DNA of 64,000 nt from Takakia lepidozioides (GCA_030704615.1 CM060733.1:65472001-65536000), one strand, 5' to 3'; positions 1 through 12,941 are shown, counted from the stretch's first letter. Made by a program: numbers and translations. Notes: a model not told the origin generated them from the letters alone.

Positions 1-963
1 GTACGGATCTGCTATATGGGTTGATAACTCCAACCAGGCTAAGTCTCTAGAATCCATTCAAGTGGGGGTGCTTAAGGAGTGTATGTCAGCATGCTCCAAA
101 ACAGCCAATGTGGCTGTTCGGGGTGAGTTTGGCATTCCGTCCTTAAGCTCCCGACGAGATGAATTCAAGGTCAGATGGTGGGGTCAGCTGCAACATATGC
201 CCAACACCAGATATCCTAAGTTAATCGACTCTATATCTTGGAAACAGGACCACCCTGTCAAACAGGCTAAGTCCTGGCAGAAGAGAGTAGAAGAGATTCT
301 CAAGGACCTGGACCTGGATCCGCAAGTCTTGACCTGCTGGATAAATCTGACTTAGAGGCTGTAGTGTCCGACGCCATGTCTGTTGCCATGAGATTGTCTG
401 ATGAAAATGAAGTTAGGCAGAACTTCCCTGAACTTGTTTCCAGTCAGTGACATGGGGAGGACATCTTGGATGACCTCAAGGGTCTACCCACTCTCGGCAC
501 TAGACTGAAATTTAAACTCAGGGCAGGAAGCCTACCTTTGAACAGCAAACAGAAGCAGAGAGGAAAGGGAGAGTGCAATTGCCCGTTGTGTGGGCAATCT
601 GAAGACAGTATTCATTTTCTGATACACTGTCCAGGGTTCTCTCACCAAAGAGGCACTCTCTTCAAATCTATCAAGGGAATTGTGCCTGTACCCCTGTTTA
701 CCAACTTTGAAAGTCTCGAGGCTGAGCCGAAAGCCCAGGCCCTCCTGAGGCCTAGTTTTTGGGCAAATCACACACAGCAGATTGATGCTTGTGTGAAGGG
801 ATTTCTAGAGGATATCTGGAAAACCCGGATTAATTCTATATATCAAGGTAAGTCTTACTACCAACGTCAGCCCCTGACAGAGGTAGGTTCTGTCCCTTTT
901 GTTCCCGCTCAAACTGGGCGCGGGGTCAATGGCCAGAAGGCTACGGCAAACAACGTCTTATGA
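1..963 (+). mobile_element. 3' portion of a non-LTR retrotransposon (LINE) ORF2, degenerate; lies antisense within an intron of ClpR4
   Basis: ORFs 62-355 and 466-963 give TANVAVRGEFG and LKFKLRAGSLPLN...CPLCGQSEDSIHFLIHCP, the C-terminal CCHC zinc knuckle of LINE ORF2, with a stop between the two ORFs. It ends ~60 bp from the ClpR4 exon-2 donor. Confidence 0.85.
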
Positions 964-1024
964 GTACAATCTCTCAAAGTCACATACACACACATGCACC
1001 CCTGCAATAAAAATGCGTCAAAAC

Positions 1025-2356
1025 CTTGGTGGTGCCTGTGGAGTTGATATACATGTAGATGGGTTTCTCTGGGTCTTCATACTGTAGGTAGAGCAACTCT
1101 GCCATAATGAGCTCTGTAACAGATGGAACCAATGACATGCCCAGAAAGACAATGCGGTTCTTGAAAAGATATGATGGCAAATCTGGTGGCGGCTGCTGGG
1201 TGGCATCTCCTCTTTGAAATGGAATTACCTGCCACAACACCATAGCAAGTCTAACCATAAGCAACCATAAGCAGGGTACAGTGGAATAGAAAGTTTCCCA
1301 CCCAGAAAATCCAATCACAGACACTGATGAGAATTTGGACAATACTGTGCGGCTCTAGGGCCTCCCACTTGTGCTAAACCCTAATCCAACTGGCCACTGC
1401 AGCTTAATGTCTAGTTTGAAGGAGATACTCTAGGCCTTATCTTCAGTGCAAAAGGTTTTCATTAATCTGAAATCAAACCAGAGACATGGCTAGTGGCAAA
1501 AACAACGGCACACTGTGTGCATCTGGGGAATTGATGAAGGATTTGTCTCCAATGTTCAAATTCTATTCTTCATGTTGTATGGGATTGGGAAGCTAGCCAC
1601 AAAGAACTTAACAGCTCCTGGTCAACAAGGTTCATATCATAAGTCGTCTGTTGGTTGCCAAATACTTGGTAGTGAGGTAATCGTGTGAGGTCACTGGCCC
1701 CTTAGAAAATCCTAGCTCAAACAAGAAACTGAAATAAGAAATCAACTATGGGTCCTTCAAAAGGAAAACAAAAAGGTCGCAGTGAGCGTGTCCTTCACCC
1801 CTATCCTGCCAACATCTTTCACCTTCTGAGACTTCGGAGGAGAGCGAGGCCAAATTGATAGGAGGAAAGCTTGTTACATAGATGCCAGACTTCGAGGCAT
1901 GGACCCAGCGGGACATAAACTCTCCCGTTAGATAACAATCTCAAAAACACCAGGTAACTCTCCTTTCAGAGGAGAGAGAGAGAGAGAGAGAGAGATGTGA
2001 TACTGCTGTCAAGCTTACAGAGAATTACTGGAAGGGAAAGAGATTACCATAGTGACAACTCCCCAGTGTCCGTGATGACCAGATCGCTGCAAGACCCTCG
2101 AAGCAGAAGACAGTGCCTCTCCTGCTAATGAGCCACGCCTGCTGCCACACACAAACGGGCACAAAAGCTCGCTCCGCAGCGGTACCTGAGCCTTCGTGTT
2201 TCTTGCTGATCGCATCCTTGTAACACACCCACTTGGAGAAAAAGCACAACAGGGAGAAAATTGCGAAGAGGAAGTTGGTTTTCCAATAGCTGGGTTCCTG
2301 AGCTCACTCCTAGATAGAACTGCTGGCCCTGCCCTCATCATTGCCACAGGGGCCAT
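1025..2356 (-). CDS. CLPR4: Plastid ATP-dependent Clp protease non-catalytic subunit ClpR4, first two exons (2356-2048, 1228-1025); gene continues beyond the window start
   Basis: Exon 1 is a Ser/Arg-rich transit-peptide-like stretch ending ...VVTM|GT. Exon 2 starts after AG: VIPFQRGDATQQPPPDLPSYLFKNRIVFLGMSLVPSVTELIMAELLYLQYEDPEKPIYMYINSTGTTK|GT, matching plant ClpR4. Both exon lengths are multiples of 3. Confidence 0.9.
1968..1995. repeat. (GA)n microsatellite in ClpR4 intron 1
   Basis: Visible GA dinucleotide run. Confidence 0.9.
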
Positions 2357-2628
2357 CACCCTACACACACCAAAACCCCAAACACCCACCTTCGTTCACA
2401 AAAACCCACAGCCCTTTCGGTGTTCCAGGCCTGCCCTTTTCACCACACGACGAGCATCAATGGTGCAGGCAGCAGAGAACGATAAGATTCTTTTGTGAAA
2501 CCAAAAGAGAGAGAGGGGTGCGGGGAGGAGCCTGAGAAGCCGATTCACTGGAGCTATCTGGGCGCATTTTTAGTGAATTTTATTCACGAAGATAGCCCTC
2601 AATACCGGACTATCATTAGAAGACGGTT

Positions 2629-3785
2629 AGGGAATTCCAAAAAGGCCTTGATGTGAAATGCATCGCAATTCACTTGATCACCCCCTAAAAGTGCGCAATT
2701 CAATTGAATTTTCAATTGAACTAACCCTAATTTGCAATTCAATTGAATTGTCGGCACACACGATTCAATTTTGACAATTCAATTGAATTGCTGACTACAA
2801 TTCAATTGAATTGTAATCTATAATTTTTAACTTATTTTGTATATAATATATAATATATATGTACATATATACATATATTCAAATTATATTTATACACATA
2901 TAAGAGTATAAGCTAAAAATACATGTTGCCCGTCTATTCTTGCGGGCCCTCTTTCTTGTGCCCTTGAGGAAATTGTGGAGTTGTGAAGCCACCCTCAGCC
3001 TCAGCGAGAAAGGGAGAGCCAGAGACGGAGACTGATCAGCAACTTCCTGTGATTCACTGGCAAAAGAAACATGGCTGGCTCCAAAAAAAACAAACAAAAT
3101 CAAACCTGACAATTGATGAAAGGCTTCCCCTGCATCACCATGTAGTCCCCTAACACTAGTATCTGGCCCAGGACAAAGAAAACAAAAAATATGTTCATCT
3201 TGAGAATTATCAAAAATTTCGATACCCTTACAAAGGTATCATGTTGAAGTTGGGATGTGTGTTCTATATAAGTTTAATATATCAAACTCTTACACGTTGA
3301 TACTCTTACATTGGTATCATGTTTGGTACATGTACATAGCCATATATTGGCACCAACATCCACAAAGAGTGACAATCCCGCTTTTACAAGCGCTTCGTGA
3401 CTTCCTCTCTCTCTCTCTCCCTCTCTCGCTCTCCCTTATGCTTATCTTGGGTTCAAGCCTTACCACGGGCAAAGGATTGACAGACGGACAGCAAGAATAG
3501 ACGGGCAACATGTATTTTTAGCTTATACCTGCGTATGTATATATGTATAATTTAAATATATACATATATATATTATATACAGAAATAAGTTAAAAATTAT
3601 AGATTACAATTCAATTGAATTGTAGTCAGCAATTCAATTGAATTGCCAACTAGCGATTCAATTGAATTGCAAATTAGGGTTAGTTCAATTGAATTGCCCT
3701 TGCAATTCAATTGAATTGCGCACTTTTAGGGGGTGATCAAGTGAATTGCGATGCATTTCACATCAAGGCCTTTTTGGAATTCCCT
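2629..3785. mobile_element. Non-autonomous DNA transposon with ~300-bp TIRs and 8-bp TSD (AGACGGTT), MULE/foldback-like
   Basis: AGGGAATTCCAAAAAGGCCTTGATG... at 2629 is the reverse complement of ...CATCAAGGCCTTTTTGGAATTCCCT ending at 3785. Inverted similarity runs to ~2943 and from ~3491. AGACGGTT flanks both ends (2621-2628, 3786-3793). The TIRs contain repeated CAATTCAATTGAATTG palindromes. Confidence 0.92.
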
Positions 3786-4087
3786 AGACGGTTGCTACAG
3801 TCTAAGGTAGTGGTATCTAGAAGTGTGCATTTAACGAATGTGCACTACTCAAAGGGTGCAGTGTCTCAAAAATTACATGAATAGCAAATGAGTGCAAAGC
3901 ACATAATTTTCCAATCACGGATGTATTATATATGAATTATAAAAGTCAAACTACATACTATCGTGTGAAACCCTGCAAAGCTTTTTATTTACAAACTGAC
4001 ATGAGGTAACTGTACAAAGTATGGAAAGTTCCCATAGCAAGGGAAGAGTTAACATAACGAAATGAAAAAGAAAGCATATCAAGCTAA

Positions 4088-4786
4088 TCAAACCGAATGA
4101 TCATCCCATCCAACTGCCTGAATGACATCAGACAAAGAAATGGGTGTGACATCGAGAAGAGTAGAAAGATGAGACGAAGCCATGCCAGCTACAGTAGCCC
4201 GATGCAAGATGGACATAGCCTGTGCCCTCTGTAGTGCTACGGAAACCCGTTGTCTATAGAAAACTACGAAGACAGAAGCATGGGGAATGCCATTGATCTT
4301 GTTCTTGGTAGCATGATGAGCATAAGTACAAAGAAAGTCGTCGAACTGACGATGAAGACATCCAAAGATCTCCAAAGCCAGTGGAAGGAACGCATCTGTG
4401 GGATGACGGTCTTGATAGTCTCGTTGCTTGATCTGTGCAGCAATCAAAGCGGCAGTGCCTTGGGAAGAGGCCGAGCAAGAAAGTAAGTCGGATCGAGTGG
4501 GATCGGCAATGACAACATCTGCAAGGGTGCACAAACCATCTCGAGATAGGACGATGTCAACTCGCCGACGAGTGGACTGAGGCGTACGAGAGGGAAGCAT
4601 GTGAGTTTGCTCCCGCAATACATGGAATCCAGCCTCTCGAGCAACAGAGGCGACGGCATCCCGCATAACATCATGGGTCGCTGTACGATCTCCTCCACAT
4701 GGACAACGAAGGAGATGAACAACAAGTAGATCGATGGGTTGGTGACAAACACAGCGCTATAAGCCAAACACAGAAGGATGTTGTTA
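4088..4786 (-). pseudogene. 3' fragment of a CRE-like non-LTR retrotransposon (zinc knuckle + restriction-like endonuclease)
   Basis: CVCHQPID..HLLRCPCGGDRTATHD (CCHC knuckle), RRVDIV...LADVVIADP (PD-(D/E)xK-like), FLPLALEIFG and RQRVSVALQRAQA are typical C-terminal motifs of RLE-type elements. Truncated at 4786. Confidence 0.8.
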
Positions 4787-4874
4787 GAGGGCTGCTTGGG
4801 ACTTAGATGCTTTTACGGGTTCTATGGGGTACCCTTAATTTTTGCGCAGATTGAGACCAACAGGAGCCTTAGGG

Positions 4875-5133
4875 GTGACAGCAGCAGGCTTTAGGGGGGT
4901 TACACAGCCCGTCACAGCCCGACACAGCCCAACACAGCCAGTCACAGCCCGACACAGCCGCCACAACTTTGCACAGCCCGTCACAGCCAGTCACAGCCGC
5001 CACAGTTTCGCACATCCCGTCACAGCCCAACACAGCCCGACACAGCCCAACACAGCCAGTCACAGCCCGACACAGCCGACACAGCCTTACACAGCCAGTC
5101 ACAGCTCGGCACAGCTTGACACAGCCTGTCACA
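4875..5133. repeat. ~10-bp minisatellite (CACAGCCCGA/CACAGCCAGT variants) near the terminus of element E
   Basis: Tandem CACAGCC units; the repetitive ORFs 4842-5174 and 4869-5132 are its translations. Confidence 0.9.
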
Positions 5134-5429
5134 GTACATGGGGAACAGTTATCATTGACAGGGAACGACTGTGAGGGAACGACATCTGCAGAATGACGTG
5201 TTACTTCAGGGATGACGGTTAATTAGTTAGGTGGTTAGAACAGCTTGCGGGCAGATAAGGAGAGCGGCAACGGAAAGAATGACACTTCACGGGGAGCGCT
5301 TCTGGGTCATGCATGAGAGGAGATCAGGCGGGGAGCAAGAAGGAGGAAAGATGAACAGTAGATGCTGATTACCTGCAGAGCTGTAGTGATACGGTAGGGC
5401 AGATTAGAGTTATCATGGCATCAACGACG

Positions 5430-5610
5430 CAATGGCGTGAGCGCGCGAACGTACGCTCACGCAGGAGTGACGTGGCGTGAGCGTACGCTCACGCCAGCTG
5501 ACGTGGCGTGAGCCTGCACACACGCTGACGTGGTGTGAGCGTCATGTCAGCATGCTGATGTGGCGGTAAATGATGACATGGCACTGTCCGTCATCTGCCA
5601 CGTCAGCATT
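5430..5610. repeat. Cluster of TGACGTGGCG / GCCACGTCA (G-box/hex-like) repeats within element E
   Basis: Multiple TGACGTGG(C/T)GTGAGC copies plus an inverted GCCACGTCAGCA. Confidence 0.7.
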
Positions 5611-6057
5611 AACATGCGCTGCCTATAACCGAGGATGGTCCTATGATCGTGGAATTAATGCAGGGAATCTTGCCTAAATAGAATCAAGATGAGCGTTGAG
5701 GCCTACAATTGCAGCATCCAACATTGTGCAATTACAAATGCTTGTTTCACTTTTACAATTATGAGGACGAAAAAATATCCTCACACAGTGTGCGCCATAA
5801 AGGCTGCCACGGGAAGACCTTCCTCCCTCCTCAAATAACAATGAGAGTTAGGATCATCTTCAAAATGATTGTAGTGCATAGCGATAGCAAGACATGTAGA
5901 CTTCGAACGGTGCAATGACAAATGTGCACTACCTAAAAGTTGTCACTTAGAGCTCACTCCGTATAGTTGGAGGCCATATCATTGCACCGCCGACGAATTG
6001 ATGTGAATTACACATTTCAAATCATGGTCGTCCACATACCACATTGCATAGTTGATG

Positions 6058-8097
6058 CTATCCATGTGTTGTATCCCGCTGCAATAGAGTATCGACCTCG
6101 TTGAAACTCATAGTGGCCTGGTGAATGAAGTTGTCACGTTTGGGATCGCAAACCATTCTCTTCAAAAATATGAAATACAAATGTTTGCAGAGTATGAATT
6201 TACCTCTCTTGCCCAAATTGGTTGATAGCATATTCACAAAATCAGGACATGTGCAATTGGGGAAATTGAAAACCGTGATGTCGTAGGTCCTGTCATGAAC
6301 AATATATGTGGAAGTGATGATTGTGAATACCCGACCATATCCTGGATCGGGTACTTCCGTGGTGCTTCCAACACGAGCTTGGAGCATTCCTGCGGACTCC
6401 ACTTTGCCAAAGTGTTCAGCGGTTGGAGGGAAACGCCGAACGAGCTTTCCATCTCGTTTGGTTGGCCACAAGTCAGGATTTGCCAGGGGGACCCGGGAGG
6501 ACGCAGAAGTAATAGCACATGCATGGAGTTAGGGTTGTCTCGCAAGGGAAAAACTTGCCTCCTCCAGCATTTGAATCTCCTGAAAGCTGAGATGTGTTCC
6601 CACCTTCACGGGCCAAACGGTTGGAGGAGATGGCTTCATCACTACGGAAGGACGCACAATTCCATGCACACATCTGGCACAATCATCTGTAAAGAACCAG
6701 AACTTGTGGTTCTTGGCTTCTGGTTGACCGTATGGACGCATCAAGCCCGTGAAAGTCGGAGCAGGAGTTCGGGCACCACCTCTGGATATAGATGAAGTGC
6801 ACTTCTCGATATTAGTTGTCCTGATCACTGTACATTTCACACGAGACCCTACACTTGTGCGTTCTATGTGCCAAACGTGGTCGGGGCATGCGGACTCAAG
6901 CACATCAAGGGGGTTGTTTCTCTCCTGCACCATTTCAGTGGCACTGTTTGATGCTGGAGCTTACCGTCGTGTTGGAGGTTCCTCCACAATGGAGGTTCCG
7001 GACATGGAGCTGTCATGCAGGGGAACACGAGGCTTCGAGAAGTTATCACGGTCTGCCCTATGGGAATCTGAATCCGAACCAGGTGGAGTGTTCAATTTCC
7101 TCTTACAGGAGCCGAATCTCTCCTCCCCTTCAAGATGTGGAACTCTAGAAACAAGTGGCGTTCCCTGGGCATACATGCTCACCGCCCGTGCTATCTTGAT
7201 TTGATTCCCAGATCTGTTTGCAGCACGCAACATCAACTCCCATTTGTCCGGACCCTTGCCACCAACCCCGCCTCGTAAGAAATCACGGTATATCGGGTTT
7301 GTTGTTACAAGGCACGTATCAAATCATGTTATTGCCACATACAAATCCCGACCTCGTTTCCCAGACTGCTGCAACCATGCGTTGTGCACAGTTTTTGCCA
7401 AATTGCAAGATGACATGTCCGTCATTTCCTCAATGGACATGTTCTGCAAAGTGCAGAACCACACTTCAAAACAGTGAACAGAAAACAACATAAAAAAAGC
7501 GATGACACAATAAAATGGAAAGCAAATGATGAATAAAGCAATAAATATAAGCCTCGTACCAATGGCATGGCTGCTCCCCACTGTCTATACCGGAAGTGCC
7601 AAAACACCAGCCAATCTTCCAATGCTCTCATACTCTCAAGTGATGCAGCTCCAGAAGAGAACCACCAGGCACGAATTGTCTGGAACAAAGTGTCCGCCTC
7701 CTTCATTGTTCTAGCATCTTTGTACTCTTTGCACAATTTACGGTGCTGAGTCTGCATCTCTGGTTTGATGTCCGACTTTATATGTTTTTCCAGAGATTGT
7801 GTCCAATGGAATAGACATGTACGCTCTCTTCCTGGCATAGGCACTTTTGGGTCACCCGATCCGAAGACAATACGAACAGCATTGAAATTTGCTTGAGCAC
7901 TATCCGCCATGAAACCTGCGAAATTTGGAGATGGCAGCCCATGACACGTATCAGGGAATTCCACATGAGCTTCTGGGATTCCGTATCCTCGGATTGCATG
8001 TCACAAACTGCAATTGTCATAACTCGTTGGTACACTGGATCGTAGACATGACAAGCCATTGTTGTCAAATCCTTCACTCATTTCACATGATCAAACA
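6058..8097 (-). pseudogene. MULE-type DDE transposase with C-terminal SWIM finger (element E), 5'-truncated, with stops and frameshifts
   Basis: MFDHVK*VKDLTTMACHVYD, GFMADSAQAN...ERTCLFHW (MULE D...CxFH signature), WHFRYRQWG, NLAKTVHNAW (catalytic E position altered) and a SWIM finger CTCPDF...CKHLY. It has an intron at ~7449-7558. Confidence 0.88.
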
Positions 8098-8439
8098 TAG
8101 ACAGGTTGAGGCTGACCAAGAGAGATACATCCTGGAGTTGCAACAAACAGTCACGGTAAATAGAAATGAACTCTCTATGGCTAACAAGGTTTGGAAGGAA
8201 GCCAATAATCTGGCTGCTGCCTATGCGAGTTTGGTTAAACCTCATGCGAAGCGCATGGAGGCTTTACAGCAGCAGTTAGATGTGTATAGGCTCACAGAGG
8301 AGCAGACTCTCAGGGGTGCCATACACGACTTGGTGGATAACCACCTTATGCAGCCTTCACCACAAAAATCCAGAATTGAGAGAAATTCCAAAAAACGAAT
8401 CTATGGATATCCCAAATGACGACAATTATGATGTAGATC

Positions 8440-9990
8440 CTAATATCCTGCACAATGGAGACCAACATCAAATAGCTAAATATTTTGTCATGAAAAAATA
8501 CAAGCTCAACACTTCGCATGAATCAACATTTGAACGTTTCATAGACCCACAAAATCACCATCTCGATGGAAGAAAACAAACGTTAATGTATGTGGGAGGT
8601 GCTACTGGAACGGGAAAGACCGAAATAATTAAAGCAATCCAAACGTACTTTCTAAAATCCAAGAGACCCACAATACTGAAAATCGGTGCTTACACAGCGA
8701 ACGCCGCAACCCTCATAGAAGGATCGACCATCCACGCTCTATTGGGCCATCAGCCAGAGTGTCAACGAATCCGACACAAAAAGTCTCATAAACGAATGGT
8801 CCGGGACAGACTATTTGATTATAGACGAAGTATCTATGGTCGGATGCAACATGATCGCCGACATCCATCTGAAGTTACAAAAATTCAAATCGAACATGTT
8901 ACCCTTTGGAGGACTCAACATAATGTTTATGGGCGATTTTATGCAGTTTCCACCAGTCACTGACGCGCTTCTGTATTCAATGAACATACAACCCATTTTC
9001 ACATTCACAGAATATACATAGAAAAAAATTATAGGCAAGAGCCTATGGGAAAATTACATACGGCCTAATACAATCATATTGACCCAGCAAATGAGACAAG
9101 CCCACGATCTACAATATGCGAAATTGCTCCAGAATCTACGCGAAGACAACTTCACCCAAACGGATTTCAAATTATTACATACAAGATTCATGTCGAACCT
9201 GAAAATCAACCTCTTTAACGAACCATAGGATAAAGCAACGTACATCGTACCTCGAAACCAGTTAAAGAATGCCACCAATCACCAAATGATAGAATACTAC
9301 ACACGTAAATCTATCCACGCGTCCTACACCATAGTAGCCACAGACACCTACAAGAAGCACACACTCCGCGACGAGTTCCAATTCGCAATCCGACAGACTG
9401 TACCCGGGAATAGAAGCCACAACCTTCTTCCATTTTTGAGATTATACAAAGGAATGACAGTCATGCTCACCGACAATTTGTATCCTAGATTGGGGCTTGT
9501 AAACGGTGCAGTCGGACAAATAGTGGGGATCTCGACAACGAAGATGATTGGATCGTACGGGAACAAAATTTAATGCACCCGCCAGATCACGTATTAATTG
9601 ACTTCAACGAATTCATCAGTCAACACCAAACATTGAGCAACGTAAATTTAGAAAATCTCTCAGAAAACGTAGTGCCCATCACACCCATTTCAAGAACGTT
9701 CCATCATCACCACACGGAGGATGAACTGAAAAAACCAAAGAAATTCAAAATCAGCAGACACCAATTGCCTCTGATACCCGCCTATTGCCTAAACCGACTA
9801 CAAAGGCCAAGGCAAAACTTTCGACAGGATAATCATCGACTTACAATAACCACCAGATGGACACCCCCTTGAACATGCACAACATTTACGTCACACTCTA
9901 TCGTTTACGCTCCCTATAAGGACTAGTAATACTTCGGGACATTAAGTTCGAAGACATCCAAACAGCCAAATTCAAGACAGGCTCACTAGA
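8440..9990 (+). pseudogene. PIF1-family (SF1B) helicase of Helitron type, frameshifted
   Basis: GGATGTGKT (Walker A), IIDEVSM (Walker B), PFGGLNIMFMGDFMQFPPV, LTQQMRQ, LVNGAVG, RHQLPLIPAYC..YKGQG spread across several ORFs. Confidence 0.9.
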
Positions 9991-10289
9991 GTTCATGGCT
10001 CCACAAACCGATTGTAATGTCCAAGAACAAAAATCACACAAGACCACAGAACACATCAGCACGGTGAATATAGACCCTACAACCAAAACGCCACATCCAC
10101 ATCCAATCCAACCGAAACACGCGTCCGGAGAAATAAATATGCCAACCAATTCTGAAGCCGAAAATCACACACCGATAGAATCAAATGATAATCGAACTTG
10201 CTCAGAATTAGCTCCCACACCGCTCGAAATCATAGAAATCGATTCCGAAGATGAACAATCCGACACAGAAAACACAGATATGCGCCAAG

Positions 10290-10840
10290 AAACATATTGG
10301 CATGAAGATCTTCTATTGACAACACACGACGAACAAATCCTCTTGGACGATAATGGATGGTTGTGTGACTAGCATTTGGCGGCCGGGATGCAAATATTAT
10401 TTGATCAGGAACTGGAAACACAAAACTACCAACAACATGCGTATTTGACTCTACTGGGCAGAACGAAATACACCAAGAAGTGTTTGCAGCACGTATTCGT
10501 CAACAACAACCATTGGATTTTAACAATGATAAACCCGAACGAAACAAATTATCAATGTACGGTGTTTGATTCCAACATGCCCGCAGATAAGAAGCTACCG
10601 AGCGAAATAGAACAACATCTCGCGAAATTACTCCCAGTCCCACAATTCAATTATCTCTATGCCGATGTCATGTAACAAAGTGACGGTTTATCCTGTGGCG
10701 TATTTGCGATAGCTTATGCCACGGATATAACATTCAGATTAAATCCGGCACATTCCCGATACGCAACATCCGCCATGGGAACCCACTTGAGAGATTGCAT
10801 AAACGATCGAAGAATTGAGCCATTTCCAAAACAACATTAA
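10290..10840 (+). pseudogene. Ulp1/SENP-like (peptidase C48) domain, disrupted by stops
   Basis: GWLCD*H, NNHWIL (catalytic His), VFDS (Asp) and QSDGLSCGVFAIAYAT (Gln/Cys). Confidence 0.8.
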
Positions 10841-11071
10841 GTTTAAAATGGTGTAGTGTGCGTGGTGCTCGTTTGTTGTTGTATGGGATCGAGCCCGATG
10901 TTGGGAGTGGCATGGGGATGTGCGTCGGTATTTGTTGTTTCCTTTGATGCTCAGTGTCGGGGTGCTATGGAGGGCTTGGGTTTCTCGATTTTTTTTTTCC
11001 CTGATTTCGGGAGGGGCGATAGTGCAGCTACATGAGATGATTCTTTGATGTGATGTCTGATGTTTGGGGAG

Positions 11072-11118
11072 GGACGGAGGGGGGGGAAAATGGGGGGGGG
11101 GGGGGGGGGGGGGGGGGT
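11072..11118. repeat. Poly-G tract
   Basis: Long G runs visible. Confidence 0.85.
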
Positions 11119-12941
11119 GTGTATGTATACCGAGCAGAAAAGGGGGTTCAACTCCCCCTAACTTCTTGGGCATAGATAGGGGTATGCCTATGTTATATTT
11201 TTCATTCAAGTTCCTCATGTTTTTTGCATAGTATATATTTCCAATCAAAAGAATCACTGTATGCGTGGGGATAACCCACCCCTTTTTGTGCCAATTGAAC
11301 GTAGTTCTCAGAATTCGTCGCTAGTAGTGCGGAGCAATGCGAAGCCCTAGTTTCTTAAAAAAAACACTGAGTCGCAGTCATGTAGTCATATGTGCATCTA
11401 TTCGACAACCAACATGTGCCCAATGGTAATGGGTACATACCACGTTGGATGTGGTTGTGGGTTCAAACCAAGGTCTGGTGTGTCATGAAGGTGTCCACCT
11501 TTCAGCTGGAAAGCAGTAGCCCTTGTGGTGAAATGACACCATAAGGTACACTCCCTTGGGGAGGCATCTTACTTTTTTTTTTTTTGGCATCTATTCATAT
11601 GCACTCGTCATTTCAATATAGTGGCGTAGTCATATCCGCCATGTCAATATCCTGGTCAGACATGTTTGACCTCATATGAGCGCACTGCGGAGTCATACAT
11701 CTCATATACGGCTTCCCCGGATCTACGTATCAACTGCAATATCTTTCACATCTGCATATGGCATTTTGTAGACACATCTGCCAGCACAAATGGTAGTCAT
11801 GAAAACCGCAATCTGTTGTTGTGAACTATACTCATATATGAAATTGTTTGCAAAATTATTTTGGTGAGAGCAGGTTAAGGCTAATACCAGGAGATGCCCA
11901 GTGAATTCACTGGATGATATTACAAACAGATACTTGTCAACATTAATGGACCCAATAACAGGAAGCCAAGACAACATACTGCTGAATGCCCAAACTCGGC
12001 GTAGGTGCAACAACCAAGAGCCTGCATTTACAACCCCAAACCTAGAGCACCAGCTTTGGTCACAATTTTGTCAGGCAAACACTCAAGACTCACAGCTTCC
12101 CTCTCCAACTGAAGCATAAGACATTCAGCCAATATCATTTGTCCGACATGGGACAGCAAACCTCACAAATTACACTATGCAAGGAGTCCTGAAAAGTACT
12201 TTGCTCTCCAAAATGTAGAATACATACCTTTAAAAAATAAGAGAAGTGAATAATACTGAAACGGTTCGTAAACTAGCAACAGTTTAAATAACAAGCGTTC
12301 CTCCCTCCCTCGGTCACAGTTAAGTGCATACCCGTAAAAATTTATCCCTGTATCATCCATGGTTGAGAAGAAATGCAACTTGTCAATTAGGGAAGGCACC
12401 GAAATCCTGAAGGGTTTGTGCTGGTCCTACCATTCCTGTCAGTCCAAACTGAACTGAATGATTACTTAACAGTAACCCACTTTCACTGACCCAGTATCGA
12501 CCAGATCAGCACCACCTCTGGAGAGAAATATACACCCCCTCCCAGTCCACCACCATCTGGCTTACGTGATGAACTTACATGCCCTCCCCTTCAGCATATC
12601 AGCTTTGAAAGCCCAGACTAAGAACCCCAGGATATGAGAGAAAAACTCCAGGGCTAAGAGGGCCCCCTGTCACAGTTGAAAGCAACCCAACCCCATATGC
12701 TACAATTTGTGCTCCCTTGCCCAAGGGAGCATCCAATGAAAAGCTGGCTTGGGCTTTGTGCTGCCATACCCTATCACCAGTGCTGAGTCGTATCATGTAC
12801 GTACATTCCCTACCAACTCATCGAGCACAGCCCTGCAATCGTCGGTTCATCTCCCACCTGTTGAAGGTTTCATACTCGACAGGATATAATCCTTGTCAAT
12901 CCTCTTGGAGCAGCTCTTGTTTGTTGCCAACATTCCTATCT

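Larger units (their letters stand above)
4787..8100 (-). mobile_element. Element E: truncated Mutator-like element related to the B family
   Basis: Terminus GAGGGCTGCT at 4787 matches the B/A terminus GGGGGCTGCT at 9/10 positions and sits exactly where the CRE homology breaks. It contains subterminal repeats and a homologous transposase. Confidence 0.65.
8400..11350 (+). mobile_element. Degenerate Helitron-like element (5'-truncated); tentative 3' CTAG end at 11347-11350
   Basis: PIF1 helicase plus C48 protease cargo; CTAG followed by T at 11347-11351 (upstream hairpin only weak). Confidence 0.65.

Noticed and set aside
10739-11257. Proline-rich 172-aa ORF
   Set aside because: Arises from the poly-G tract and low-complexity sequence.
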